DNA of 64,000 nt from the human T2T-CHM13v2.0 reference genome, Homo sapiens. The notes under the pieces were generated by a model. It saw nothing but the letters and a program-made list of their open reading frames with translations, was not told the origin of the DNA and searched no databases. Positions 13,881-31,479 of this stretch are shown here, one piece after another. How positions within the stretch are numbered: the stretch's first letter is position 1; every line of letters starts with the position of its first letter. A program made the position numbers and the translations under genes. The stretch spans positions 43,392,001 to 43,456,000 of the forward strand of contig CP068257.2 in the NCBI GenBank assembly GCA_009914755.4. The letters are read 5' to 3'.

Positions 13881-14056
13881 GGGGCGGGCAGGATGTCCTC
13901 TCTCCCTCTGAGACCTGGGGGAACAGGGCGGGCAGGACGTCCCTTCTCCCTTCGAGACCTGGGGGAACGGGGCGGGCAGGACGTCCCTTCTCCCTTCGAG
14001 ACCTGGGGGAACGGGGCGGGCAGGACGTCCCTTCTCCCTCCGAGACCTGGGGGCCC
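13881..14056. repeat. Minisatellite, 44-bp unit x4 (ggggcgggcaggacgtcccttctcccttcgagacctgggggaac)
   Basis: Four head-to-tail copies at 13881, 13925, 13969 and 14013 with 1-4 mismatches each. It is the source of the repetitive ORFs 13758..14252-, 13772..14245- and 13875..14441+ (GGTGRAGRPFSLRDLGERGGQDV repeats). Confidence 0.9.
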
Positions 14057-15137
14057 AGCTGCATGGCTTCTCAGCTGCGCTTTCTGTCCAGGACCTGGGC
14101 ACCTTTGTGTTTCCTCCAACAGAACACTTTGGACTGGCCAGGAGTCTGGGAGGCAGGTTTCCAAGAGCAGGGACAACATGGACTTCAGCAAAGTCCAGCG
14201 GCCCCCAGGCGGCATCAATACCCAACCCCCTACACCCAAGCACATCCGTCAATGGTCAGAAAACCAAAAGACAAGCAGAAACCAGGACGGCCGCCCGAAG
14301 AACGGGGTGCCCTGGGCCACCACTCTAATAACCAGCTACAAGGAACGGAGGCCCGGAGATGGTGCAAAACATCTTGAAGAGACTACAAGAATAAAAACAA
14401 CCTGCCATCCCATAATTCTATGCCTATCCTTCCAGAAATAAAGCTATTTTCAGATCAAAGAAAATGGACAGAATTTGTTCACAGTAGAGCTTCATGACGT
14501 AAAATGCTAGGGAAACTGCAGGCTGAAGGGAGAAGACGCCGAGCAGGAGATGGGCCTTCTGGGAGGATGGAAGAGCAGTGAGAACACCAAGAGGTGGGGG
14601 AGGTTAGCATAACAGACAATTTTCCTCCTCGTCCCAAGCCTTTTGAAAATAAAAATGATAACATTGCACTGAAGTGCTGTTTACACGTGTCGATACAGTA
14701 CACACAGTGCAGTAGGCAGAGGGGTGAATTGGCTTATAGGCAGGCCAAGGTCTCACGTTTTCCAAAAGTGGCACGATATTGGCTCTGCGTAGACCATGGG
14801 GTGAAGTGTGCGTGCAGTGAAACCTGGAGTGACCCTGACCGCTGATACAAGCAATGGTGTGGACGCTGCTTGCAGACACGCCGAGCACCCAAGAGTGCAT
14901 TCGGGGTGATTCCATTTATATGATGTTTCAAACAGGAAACGTTCATCTAAGGTGAAATATTCAGAACAGTGGTTTCTTCTGGGCATAGGATTGACTGGGG
15001 AGTGACGTGAGGGACCTTTCTAGGGAGATAATAATGTCCCATGTCATGAAAGGGTTTGTGAGTTATAGCATGTGTCCATTTGTCAAAATGGTACAGCTGA
15101 TTGAGAAGAATGAACTTGAAGACTGACACTCCCCGGC

Positions 15138-17486
<2,349 letters not shown>

Positions 17487-18073
17487 CTAAGCATGGTGGC
17501 TGGGTGGTGGATACATGCAAGTGTCATGTGTATTTCTGTGTACTCGTATATTTTGATATCTTTCATAACAAAGACCTTTCTTTATAAAAGCAATTGAAGA
17601 GAAAATGCTCAAAAGGGAAGACCATCAAAAGAGATTAAATATGTGCATGACTGAATATCATGTCAGTTGTAAAGAGAAAAGCCAGTCTGGCTCAGATTTC
17701 TTTACAATGACAATGGTACTAGAGGGTCGTGGAGCATCCTAGGAGATCCTTAGTGAAAGACAGTGTGAACACCAGTATTATAACCAGCTAAACTGTCACA
17801 GACATGGAAGGCAACTGACAAACATTTCAGACATGCAAAACTCAGTGACATTATTCCTATGGGATAGAGGATAAACTGTAGCCAACTAAGAAATGAATTT
17901 TAAAACATTATTGGAAGCACTAGCAGTAAGTTTTGAATCTAACTATAGGACTAAGGCTAGAATAAATGTGTCTGGAAGAATTTATAAGAATGTAAAGTGA
18001 TAAATTTCTGAGCATAGAGAAATCATAAAGCTAACCACGGTTTGGAGTGAAAGGCAGAAAGTAGGTGGGGAGA

Positions 18074-18429
<356 letters not shown>

Positions 18430-21400
18430 TTATTTAAAATTGGTGAAGCAAGTTAACTTCACAGTGACAGGTAAGAACTAAGAAGGGTGAGGGTGACTGA
18501 GGAGCGGCGGAGGCTGGGTTCCCATATCACTCCCCCAGCTCCGCTCACGATGGGGCTCAGTAAATAGGAGAATAAAACAGCATCAAACTCAGAAAACGAT
18601 CGTTTAAATTTTGTAACCAAAATAAACATATCCAAAGTTGTTCTCAAAATAGTAGGTATTTGTTTTACACAAAACGTGATGACAGTAAGAAATATTGCCA
18701 GTATAGACATCATCCCTTCCAGGCTGGTCTTTTTAATTTTGTATCCAAAAGCTACAGTGGTAAGACAGGGTAGCCAGAAACCATAGCAAAAAGCCACTTC
18801 CATTTAGTGATTGCATAATCATATTATCAGAAGAGCTCAGTAAAATAGAATTTTAGAGTTGCTTTTATGTCTTCGTTAAAAATGTTTCTTAGGCCAATGT
18901 GAGGTTGAGTGGTCAACTTAAGATTTTTCTGTGGAATACATTTCAACATTTTTTAAGTCCTAAGTCTGAGAAACTGGCTGTCTGCTACACGAAAACCAAG
19001 ATGCGATGTTCTCAGATCTGGTTGTGGTCTCCAGGCACTCCACTATCTAAAGAAAGTAACCCCCTAAAATATCCCATCTCTAGACCATATATTCATTTGC
19101 TGAGAAGTCATTTGCAAGGGAATTTCCATATTCAATAGCCGCAGTTTAAAAACTTATTTGGGGTTTTCCATACTAAACATATATTGGGTGAAAAGTATTA
19201 TCAACTAATAAAGTAATTATCATGCTTGCAAGCTAAATTTACCACCTTCTGATTAGGATTTCGCATCTAATGTCCTTCAAAGCAACTCAGATGAGGGGGA
19301 TGCTTTCTTCTTCCTTCGAATCCTCTCCAGTTCTAGATGTTAAGGACCATGAGGCAGATGGTTCCCCTACCTCGCCCCCATCCAGTCCGTTTCTAGGAAG
19401 TATCATGACCAACTGGGCAGGATTTGGACACGTTCTGCAGAGAATGCCAGACACCAGCCCATCTGGTGAACATTAGTCTGCAGACTTCTTGGTCAAGGTA
19501 ATGTTCGCATTGTTTGGGCACAAAATGAAAACACAGCATTTGATTTCACAAGAACTTAGAAAAATAAGCATGGTCAGAGCAAGTTGTACGAGGATCAAAA
19601 CATTTAAAAAATAGAAAAAACACATTGGAAGAAAAAGAGGAAATTTTGTTTAAAAAAATTAAAAGCCATTCAAAGATACACCATGTCGGCTACAAAAGAT
19701 CTCTTTGGAAAATAAATCTTTAATTCAACTTTTTTTTTTTACATTATTTACATTAATTTTGGTTGAAAAGAACCACGTAGATCAATACTTTTCAGTCATT
19801 TGTGAGTCTAAAGTTATGTTTCTCTGTATGCTCATAAAATAATTATACTACCTACATTTGTCATTGAAAGAAAAGATGGTTGATAAATGCCAGATTTGTG
19901 GGTCTCAGAATTTCCTTGTTTCCAGATTTCTAAGGCAGTTAAAGTGACCTGCTGTGTCCATAGGAGAGCACCTCTCGTGAATGTATGCCTTATGTCTTTG
20001 CCAAATTCAACCTTTTCTTACTCATTTTTATTCTAGGAAACATTCTCAAGTGTCAAAATAGTCAACTGTTAACTATGAACACAGGTCGATGCTGCTCTCT
20101 GCTTTCGACACGTGTCCCTTCTCTTGTTCCTGGGCACGCCTTGATCCATCCAGGCTCTGCTGCAGCTGGGTGGGCCCTGGCTGGGCTCCAGCCAGTGGAC
20201 CGTGAGCAGGAGGAATGCTCCCCCTGCTTCCAGAGAGGCTCACAGCCTCTCCCCGCCTGGGCCAGGGAGCAGCCCCGGTGACCTCAAATTCACCTGTGAA
20301 GGAAGATGGCGAAGGCTCCCTCAGCCTGGGCCCCTTGGTGCCACATGGGGAGAGACTCCCCCCACCCAAACCTCCCATGTCCCCAAGCTCCGCTTCACCA
20401 CCCAGGCCCTGCTTGTCCTGCTCTCACCAAAAATGAACACACTTCTCTTACACTTGGGCCGTGACACATGTTCGTATCTATCTGTCATAACGGTGGCCTC
20501 CCTAAACCACTCAGTAAGTTACAGGACTTCCTTTCATTCCTGTATCCTGAAATTTCACTAACATTTCTGCCTTTTCTGTTCACCTCATGATACTCACTTC
20601 TGTTTTGTAACCAGAACTACTTTAGAAAGGCCCTTCCCAGACGCGGAATTCTTGTATGGTTTTTGTTCCCAACACCATGTCATTCGAGTTGTTTTCGCAG
20701 CAGCGATGGATTTATGTGGCTTTGCTAAGCCTCAGCTCATACTTGCCATGTTTTGTATCCATCTTGGGATCTGGACAAGAATCTGGAAAGGGGGCGTCTG
20801 TGCCAGAGTTCCCATCTGACCTACTGCTGTGGTTCCAGAACATTCCGTCCCCAGGATGTCCCAGCCCATGGCAGGTGCTCAGCGGGGGCTTGTGTGACCA
20901 GCTCAGACTCCAGTTCGATGTACTCAGAGGCTCCTCCAGTGCAGGAGCTGGCGAGGCCCCCTCCTCAGGGACATTCTGCTTTGCTCTTCAGCAGAGCTCG
21001 GCAGGGGACGGGGCGGGAGCCAGGCTGCAGACCCAGCTCCCAGTGGGCAGAGGTCGAGGAAATGGCACACAGACTGCTCACACTGTTTTACACTTTGCTA
21101 TAGGTTACTCATATTCATTGTAGAAAAATATAAACAAGAAAAATAAGCAAAAAGAAGAAAAAGCCACTCGTAGCCCCATCACACAGGTGATGACTCATGC
21201 CTGTACCTACGTGGACAGACCAAACTACGCACGCACGTTGTGCTGTGCACATCTGACCCCGTGACACGCGAGGCACTGTGCACGTTTTTTTCATGTAACA
21301 ATTATATCATTAGCAGTTCTTAAGGTCAGGAAGTGAAGAGCTGGATCATTTTAATACTGCGTAGAATGCCATGGTTTGAATAAACACGTCATTGAGTAAT

Positions 21401-22784
21401 ACTGTAGTGTTGGCCATTTAGGTTGTCCAGATCTCAGCTATTATAAAAAGGCTGTGAATCTATCTGGGGGCGTATCCCTTATTATCTCCACAGGATAAAT
21501 TTTAAGACATTGCACACATTTTTAAGATTTCTGACAGGCATCGTCAGGGCATCCTGCGGGAGTGAGTGACCGGCCCCACGTCCTCCAGCGTCCCCCACCC
21601 CGGGCATAGCTTTCTTTTTAGTATTTGCTAATCCAATAATGAAACATGGCATCTTGTTATCTTTTTAAATTTGCAGTTTTATTTGTGATGTTAATCTCTG
21701 GCTCTTGAACCAGTCAAGGTGTTAACCCTTTGTGCGCTGCATATGCCTTTGGTTTGTAGCTTGCTTGTTGTTACTGTTTTGTTTCTGTTGGTTTTTCTTC
21801 TTGTTCTGATTCCTTCCTGTACCCTCAGGAATGACGTGAGGGTACCTGGGACTCTGACTGTGACATGCTTTCCACACGCATCTCTGTAAACATTGGGTCC
21901 TTACTCTGGACATTGTGTGAGATGAAGCCCCCACGGTAGGGCCGGAGGGAGCACGAGAGCGATCGTCAGAAGCCAAGCCGACTTGGGGGAGACCAGCTAC
22001 CCTCTGCATGTGAGGGGCAGTGGGCCTGTGGCTCGAGTGTGCCTGCTGGTGCAGCAGGGACAGGCTGGAACCACCAGTGTGGCCCCCGACCGCTGCGTGG
22101 CCATGGGAGGGGCACCACCTCTTGGCTCACAGACCTGCTCGCCCATGAGTGCAGCTGTGACCGTGCCAGCCTCCTGGGGTTGCTGAGGATCAAATGAGAA
22201 CATGCAGGTAGAGTGCTTACAGCAGCGCCTGGCATGCAGTGAGCCCAATTCAAATGCTTCTGTGGTAGAATTTGATCTTAATTTTATAAAGCCCTCTGGT
22301 TGTTTCATTACCTACAATCACAGGTTAATAGTTTATAAGTGCTTCTTAAAATTTTCCAAGTCATGGGGTCCAAACAGGCCACACTAGACACAGCTGGCAC
22401 CTGAGAGCGTCCCTGGGGTTTATGTTCTGAGAAGCCGCTGCTCCCAGGCGAGGCCTGCACCGGGGATTGTGAGTGGAACAGGAGCCGGGCATTCAGAGAG
22501 GCCCTGAGGACTTGGCCACCACCAGCCGTGGCAGGAAATGGTTGGCAAGGACAGTGTCCTAAGAAAGGAAAACCTAGAAGGAAAATTGGACCCTCCAGAG
22601 ACTGCCCATTCGATGAAGAAATGTCCTTCAGACGCCAGCTTGGCCCTGCAGCCAGCACAGGAACAGACCGGAGCCTGAAGCAGCCGCCATGTAACCAGAT
22701 AGGGCTGTGTCCAGGAACTCCAGTGCAACCGTGGCCCTTGGCTGAGGTAAGCACAGGCATCTTTAAAAGCCATTAGGTTGCACC

Positions 22785-23070
<286 letters not shown>

Positions 23071-25879
23071 ATGAGCTCCACTCACACAGAGCTGGCAGGA
23101 ATGAGTTCTGCTTTCATCAGGGTCCTCAGGGGACCCTCAATTGAATTCAGGTCCTCAACTGGATGTGGCCCACCACAACGGGGAGGGTCATCTTGCTTTC
23201 CTCAGTCTGCCAATTTGAATGCTAATCTCTTCCAAAAACACCCTCACGGAAATACCCAAAGTGATGTTTGACCAAATATCTAGGCACCCTCTGGCCCTGT
23301 CCAGGTGATACATGAAAGTAACCATCACAACACCGAGCCACCTACAGGACTCCTCCACCTCGCTGGCTAACAGGCACCCCCAACGTAGTCAGAAACAGAC
23401 ATCCGCTCTCCCTCCCAAGCTCATCAGAGGACAGGACAGACCTGCTGGCCATCACACAGGCGGGTCCTTGGACCATCTCTGGGCCTTTCTCCCATGCCCC
23501 CACGCCAGTCTAGCATCACGTTTTGCTGGTTCTATCTGCGTGAACACGCTGTGCGCTGAAAAATTCAAGGTGAGGATCAGTGGGTATCAACTTGCTACCA
23601 CTTTCCAAAAACAGAAGATTGCTCACAGCTGCAGTTTTGCACATAGGTTTACATGAGAAAGTAACCAGGCAGGAGGAGCTTGGGGGAGGGACACTGGACA
23701 CTGTATGTTTCTTTATACTTTTTGATGTTTGAGCCAACTATAACCTATTCAGAATTTCTAAACAGATAAGCCCACAATCCAAATGTTTGGAGTAGGCATT
23801 TCCTAAGAAATGCCCCCCACTCTCTAAGGAGTTTCTGCACTGAAAACTGGCCAGCGGGCACCCTGGGGCCTGAGGGAGGTGCTGAGAAGGGGCATGAGGT
23901 TGGGCTGGTGACCACACAGACAGGGTCCTCCCCAGGCTGAATTTTCAGATGCTTAGCGCTCTGGCCTCCCTTCCACAGTCTGCCCTGGCCAGGTCGGAGC
24001 CATGTGGTCAGTGAAAGAGGCTCCAGGGGATCAGCCTGCAGCTGACGGACACCAAGTGAAACTCTGGGGCCAGCCTCTGGGTCAGGCTGTGACATTTCCA
24101 CCTGGTGGCACATGCCTGGTCTCCTTACCACAGACTCCTAGGATGGCAGCTCTGTGGCTCAAGTCAGAGAGGCAGACGGCCCCAAGAAAATAAGGTGGCC
24201 TGGGCTGGGTACAGGGAGGAGAGGGTGATGGGCTGGGCAGGTACACTGGGCAGTGCATGGGAGCGCGGAGAGCAGCAGCCACTAGAGAGCTGGGTGGGAA
24301 CAGGGGTCAGGGAGCTGGGTGGGAGCAGGGGTTGGGGCAGGGCCTTGCAGGGCTTGTTTCTGCCCAGCTTGTAAACAGTACTGAATGCCACACCTAGGAG
24401 GTGGAAATCATGCTGGAGAGAGCTCACCCTTCGGACTCAGCACATTCACCCACTTAGTCAACTAGCACTCCTTTGTGCTACACTTGCCCCCAGACGTTGC
24501 CAGCCAGATCTCCTCCTGTTGGAATGAATTTTCACCTTTTTTCCCTCTGTCTTCAGAGCTATTTGGATGAGAATTTGCGACGGGCTGCCCCAGGGGCCAT
24601 TTAGTGGGCGGTCATCTAAGCTGGAAGCCAGCCTCAGTCCAGGAGATGTCAGGTCCTATACTGAGCCCGTCAGGCCATGCTCTGCTCTAAGGCAGAGAAG
24701 GACATTACCCTAGTATCCATGGGGACATGGGGAGGCCAAGGAGAGCCTGTATCCTCGGTTTTTGGAACTCTCTGGGTCTGAGGAGATTGTTCACAGTAGA
24801 GAATAAGGAACTAAGACAATCTGAACAGGAGACTTGCTTCCAGCCAAGGTGGAGTAACAGGAACCATGTTTACCTTCTGCTTGAAAAACCAAACAAATCA
24901 AAAGAGAAAAACCACATGAAACAAGAGGTGTCAAGATACCAGCATCAGACAACGAGGGACAGCTCTGCCCGAGCCACAGGAGACGGACGGGGCGCCCTGA
25001 GCTGCCCCAGCCGACCATCTGGAGTGTCAAAGGCGGCGGAGCAGGGAGGGGAAGCCTAGGAAGTCCATTCATAGGCCGACCTTGAGCTCCTAAGAAAACG
25101 ACCTTCTGGAACACAGGGCCCCACTCCCGCTGGGAGGGAAACAGCCATGGCCCCAGGATTTTGCCCCCACTGCGTTGCCTTTTATGAGTAGAACATAACA
25201 CACTCTCAGAAATGAAGCCGTGTGAGCCTCCTCGACACACCGGCTGACACAGCGCCCGCAGGCTGAGTGCTTGGCAGCAGCGTGGAACTCGGCCCTGGCG
25301 TGTCGGAGCTCAGGGTGGCCCTGCGGGAGGGTCTGAGACTTCATGTAATGTGGCCAGGGGAGAACTGGAGCCCACCTTCCCACTTCATGTAATGTGGCCA
25401 GGGGAGAGCTGGAGCACACAGCGGGGCACTGTGAGCCCGGGCGCCACGCCGCAGCCTGCGGGTTCTGCTGAGGGTGCAGTCCACGCAGGAGGCTTCGGGA
25501 TGGACAATTCCAAGAACAGACTTGCTAGGTAGTCCGGCAGGGAAGCACCAGCCTCCAAAGGCCACCACAGGCCTCCCTTCCACACCCACGCAGTCAGCTG
25601 GCGCCGGGGAGTGCACGGAAGGACCACGCCGGCAAGGAAAGCGCAGCTCTGAGCCCCCGCGCCTTCAGGCCCACCCGGAACTCTCAGGAACTCTCAGGAC
25701 TGCTCCTGAGAATGCCCCTCCCAACCACAGCAGGTGACTGTCATGGGCGTCCGGAGCCTCTCAAAGATCCAGGAGGAGGCGTGATGTGGAGGGACCGGCC
25801 AGTGTGGCGGGGCCCGCAGCGCCAGAAAAGGCAGCTGCCGCAGAGTTGAAGAGCTCATCTTAAGAAGAGTCCCAGAGCA

Positions 25880-26132
25880 CCGCATGTTCTCACTCATAGG
25901 TGGGAATTGAACAATGAGAACACATGGACACAGGAAGGGGAACATCACACACCGGGGACTGTTGTGGGGTGGGGGGAGGGAGGAGGGATAGCATTAGGAG
26001 ATATACCTAGTGCTAAATGACGAGTTAATGGGTGCAGCGCACCAGCATGGCACATGTATACATATGTAACTAACCTGCACGTTGTGCACATGTACCCTAG
26101 AACTTAAAGTATAATGATAAAAAAAAAAAAAA
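25880..26132 (+). mobile_element. Young L1 (L1PA/L1HS-like) extreme 3' end, severely 5'-truncated (about 250 bp), with poly(A) and 18-bp TSDs
   Basis: caccgcatgttctcactcataggtgggaattgaacaatgagaacacatggacacaggaaggggaacatcacacaccggggactgttgtggggtgggg...aatgggtgcagcgcaccagcatggcacatgtatacatatgtaactaacctgcacgttgtgcacatgtaccctagaacttaaagtataatgataaaaaaaaaaaaaaa is nearly identical to the young L1 3' UTR. The identical flanks aagaagagtcccagagca lie at about 25863-25879 and 26133-26150. Confidence 0.85.
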
Positions 26133-27689
26133 AAGAAGAGTCCCAGAGCATAGAGGCCTGACTTCAGGTTACAAGCGCAAGGACGGGGCCAGACACTGCC
26201 ACGCTCCGCAGGCGCAGCCAGCAACCCGTGTTACGGGTGCAGCGGTCACCACGCCGCAGCCGTTCAGGTCCCTCCCTCCCTTAACCAGATGCTGTCAGCC
26301 TGTGGCTTCTGTTGGTTTTATTGAACAAGAGCCACGGTGGGAGGGAAGATGATTTTGTTTAGCCTCCACTTTCTGCAGAGCGGCTGGGAGTCTGAGAACA
26401 TCAGGGTAGCCAGGCGTGATGAGCATGTATGGTACACGGTCATGTTGGTCTGTGCTCCCACAAACTGAGAGGTCTTTTAAGGAAATCCCTCCCCAATCCG
26501 GAGTTGAGTCATCTGGCTTCCATCTCTGGGCTCCTTAAATAACCAGAATCTCAAATTAGCCATGAGAAAGAAACACACAAAAACATCTCTTTATGATAAA
26601 AAGGGAGACAAAACCCCAAAGCTGACACGTGGGACAGAGACTGCTCCGTTTGTCACCATTCCTCTCTCTTCCTGCACCTTCCAGCGTCTTGTATTCGTGG
26701 AAGGAGAGAATGAGCTGGAACAGAAGGAGAAGATGTAGGCCACTCGCCGGCGGCGGAGTGACGCCGCCGCCACTCCAGAGATCCCGAAATAAAGACGGTT
26801 TTTCCGCAAAACATTTGCTCGTAGGAGATGCAAATGAGAGATATTTTTAGGAAATATTAATGCACTGAGCTCTAATTTGCAGACTGCGATTTACTTCATC
26901 CCCTCCCCTAGCCAGAGCCATCTGAGCGCTTGGCTCCTTCCTGGAAAAATTCCGCTCTGGAATAATGACTTGGTTTCCTCACAGGAAGAATGCATGCATA
27001 CTGTCAAGAGGCAAACAATACCCAAAGTTACAAAAAAGAAAGCAACAACAAACCACGAATGTCACTGCCAGACTCCTTGCCCAGAAACGCCCCTCATTCA
27101 TGTTGGGTGAGTCTGGGCCCTGTGCAAGACATGGACAGAACACGCAAGCTGATCGTTGAGGAGATGCAAAGTTTAGGATTTTCCTTGAATTTAACAGAAG
27201 AAAAAGAAATGGAGTAAAACTGAAGGACTGCTAAACTTCACATAAATGAATCTTATCCCAAGAAACACTTATCCCTCAAGGATAGCCAGGAACCCCTGAA
27301 AAAGAAAGCCTAGTTCCGCCGCCTGTACCCCTTTCCTGACAGCCTCAGCCCTGCTGACAGTACGGCGTCCTCCAGCGGGTCGTGCCGGACAGACAGACAC
27401 AGGGTGGACAGGAAGCCCAGAAGGAGGCCCGTGCACCTGGGAGGTCAGCATGAGATAAAGGGGGTGCCTCAAACCTCTGGAGCACAAGTGGACTCTGAAT
27501 AACAGGGTAAGGGGCACGCCGGATAGGCTTGGAGAAAAGATGAGAGGTCTGCCTCACGCCACACACAAAAATACACTTCCAGTGGCTTGGGAACCCACAT
27601 GTGAAACGGGAGCTCAGACAAGTCCTGGAAGAGGACATGAGTGCATTCTTCTGTCATCTGGGTGCAGGGATAGACTCTCTAACCATGAC

Positions 27690-28640
<951 letters not shown>

Positions 28641-28689
28641 GGACACACAGGCAGGTGGACAAAGCGAAGTTCCAGAAAGTCTAGAGGGT

Positions 28690-29095
28690 GCTGCCCTTCA
28701 GGAAGATGGCCATGAGGGGCAGGGAGGGGGAGGGGTGTGGGGCAGTGGCGTGGAGGAAGGAGGGTGGTGGGGGGAGTGGGGCTCAGGGAGGGGGAGGGGT
28801 GTGGAGGAGGGGGTCGCAGAGTGGGGAGGGGAGTGGGGGCAGGGAGGGGAGGTGTGTGGGCAGTGGGGGCAGAGTGGGGAGGGGTGTGGAGGAGTGGGGA
28901 TAGGGAGAGGGGGGAGTGTGGGGGAAGTGGAGGGAGGGAGTTGGAGGGATGGTGTGGAGAGTGAGGGGCAGGGAAGGGGAGAGGTGTGGGGGAGTGGGAG
29001 GCAGGGAGGGGGAAGGGTGTGGGGGATGGGGACATGGAATGGGGAGGGGTGCTGGGGCAGTGGCGGCTAGTGAGGAGGGGGACAAGGGAGTGAGC
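28690..29095. repeat. G-rich minisatellite (variants of GGGGAGGGGTGTGG / GGGCAGTGGGG units), about 400 bp, strong G/C strand asymmetry
   Basis: gggcagggagggggaggggtgtggggcagtggcgtggaggaaggagggtggtggggggagtggggctcagggagggggaggggtgtggaggaggg... continues to about 29095. ORFs 28469..29035- (PLPxPHSP...) and 28639..29070+ (GGGVWGSG...) are its translations. Confidence 0.85.
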
Positions 29096-29100
29096 TTTTA

Positions 29101-29425
<325 letters not shown>

Positions 29426-29899
29426 AAGAAAAGATCATGGAGGATTTTGCAGGTTGGTAAGTGGTGGGAGGGAGGCAGAATCAGAAGTGGCATTCAGGAC
29501 CCTCCCATCTGGCTGCACCTGTCTTCCTCTGCTCTCCTCCCCAGTCCCTCCCCTGCCCTCACTGGCCCCTGGCCCCTGCCATGCCAGGCCCTCCCTTCCA
29601 GGAAGCCCTGAGGCACCCGAGTGACAGGCACTGGCTCCCTGGGCTCTCCTGGCTGGGGTCCACATCACTTTCCTGCCCGCTGGGCACAGGCTCTCCCCCA
29701 GGCCTCTTCTGGACCTGGGGAATGACTACTGGTCCTGTAAGAATGTCGTCTCCTTCAGGAAGTCCTCCCTGACCTGGCCAAGCAGAAGTCTTGCCTGACC
29801 ACAGCACCTCTCACGTCTGTGACGAATCTGCCACCCTGGGTGATTGAATGGCTTGTCCCAGCTGCTGTCCCAGCCACCGGGCCCACTGTCTCTCCCTAG

Positions 29900-30221
<322 letters not shown>

Positions 30222-31479
30222 ACACCTTACCATTCTTAATCAGTTTAAGATTAGCTTAAGAAAACATCTGACCATGAAAGTGAATACAGAATACATGTGT
30301 CCATTACTAAAGCAAAGACTGCTTACCACCCCACCACTGTTAGAATTTACAATCTCCGCTGCCCTCTTACAGAGGGAAGAATCCACCCCTTGTGGGAGCA
30401 GCTGCTACTGTGAAAGAAGCTCTCTGAGCTCTCAGAGCCGCAGTTTCACCTGCTAAATGCCTGGCCCATCAAAAGTGAATGTGAGGCTGTGAGTGCGAGA
30501 TAGCAGCCGGGCCCCAGACACCTGGCAGGGCACCAAGCACGCAGGCCCTTGGCACTGGTGTGTGCGAGGCAGGTGTATGATTGGGAGCCACTCAGGAGAC
30601 CCCCAGGAGGACCCCATGCTCAGGAGGGCTCTCTGCTCAGGAGGACTCTCTGCTCTGGAGGGCTCAGTGCTCAGGAGGACTCAGTGCTCAGGAGGACTTG
30701 TTCTCAAGAGGGTTCCATGCTCGGGAGGACGGTGTTTGCATTTTGAGTGCTCTGTAGTTGTTATCTTGATATTTTAACAATTTTATTATTGAATGTGTGC
30801 TTTGAAAGAGAAGCCCTGTGGGGCAATGGAGTAATGGGGCTCGCAGCCTTGACTCACCCGAGGCCACTCCACGGTTCTGACCCTGACGCCTCTGCCTGTG
30901 AAGGCCCCTCCTTGTCTTGCAGGTATTCCCATGCTCAAGGGAGCACGGCAGTAAATGGCACGTAAAAATCACTGTGACAGATTGAGAGGGCAGGGGAGGG
31001 CGATGGAGGGAGGAGCACAAACAGAGACAGACTTTGGAAAAAAGGAAAGAACGTTTTTCATGTTTCATGAAGAAGCAGTCTCATTTTCATTTTTCAGTGC
31101 ACCCTGCAAATTATGTAGCCAGCCCAGCTCTCAAGTATTATACAAATATGACATATCCTGCCAGAGTTTGCTCTTTAATGAAACTAGAGAAGTCGGCAGG
31201 ACCTGAAAATCATGTACAGTAGCCTCCACCATCCTCAGTTTCACTGTCTGTGATTTCAACTACCCACAGTCAATTGCATTTTAAAATTATAAACCGGAAG
31301 GGTCCAGAAATAAACCATTCACATGTTTTAAATTGCACACCCTGTGAGGAGCACACGGAAATCTTGCACCGTCCTGCTCTGTCCTGCACAGGATGTGAAT
31401 TGTCCCTTTGTTCAGCATATTCACGCTGTCTACGCTACCCGCTGTTAGTCACTTAGCAGCCCTCTTGGCAGTCAGATAA

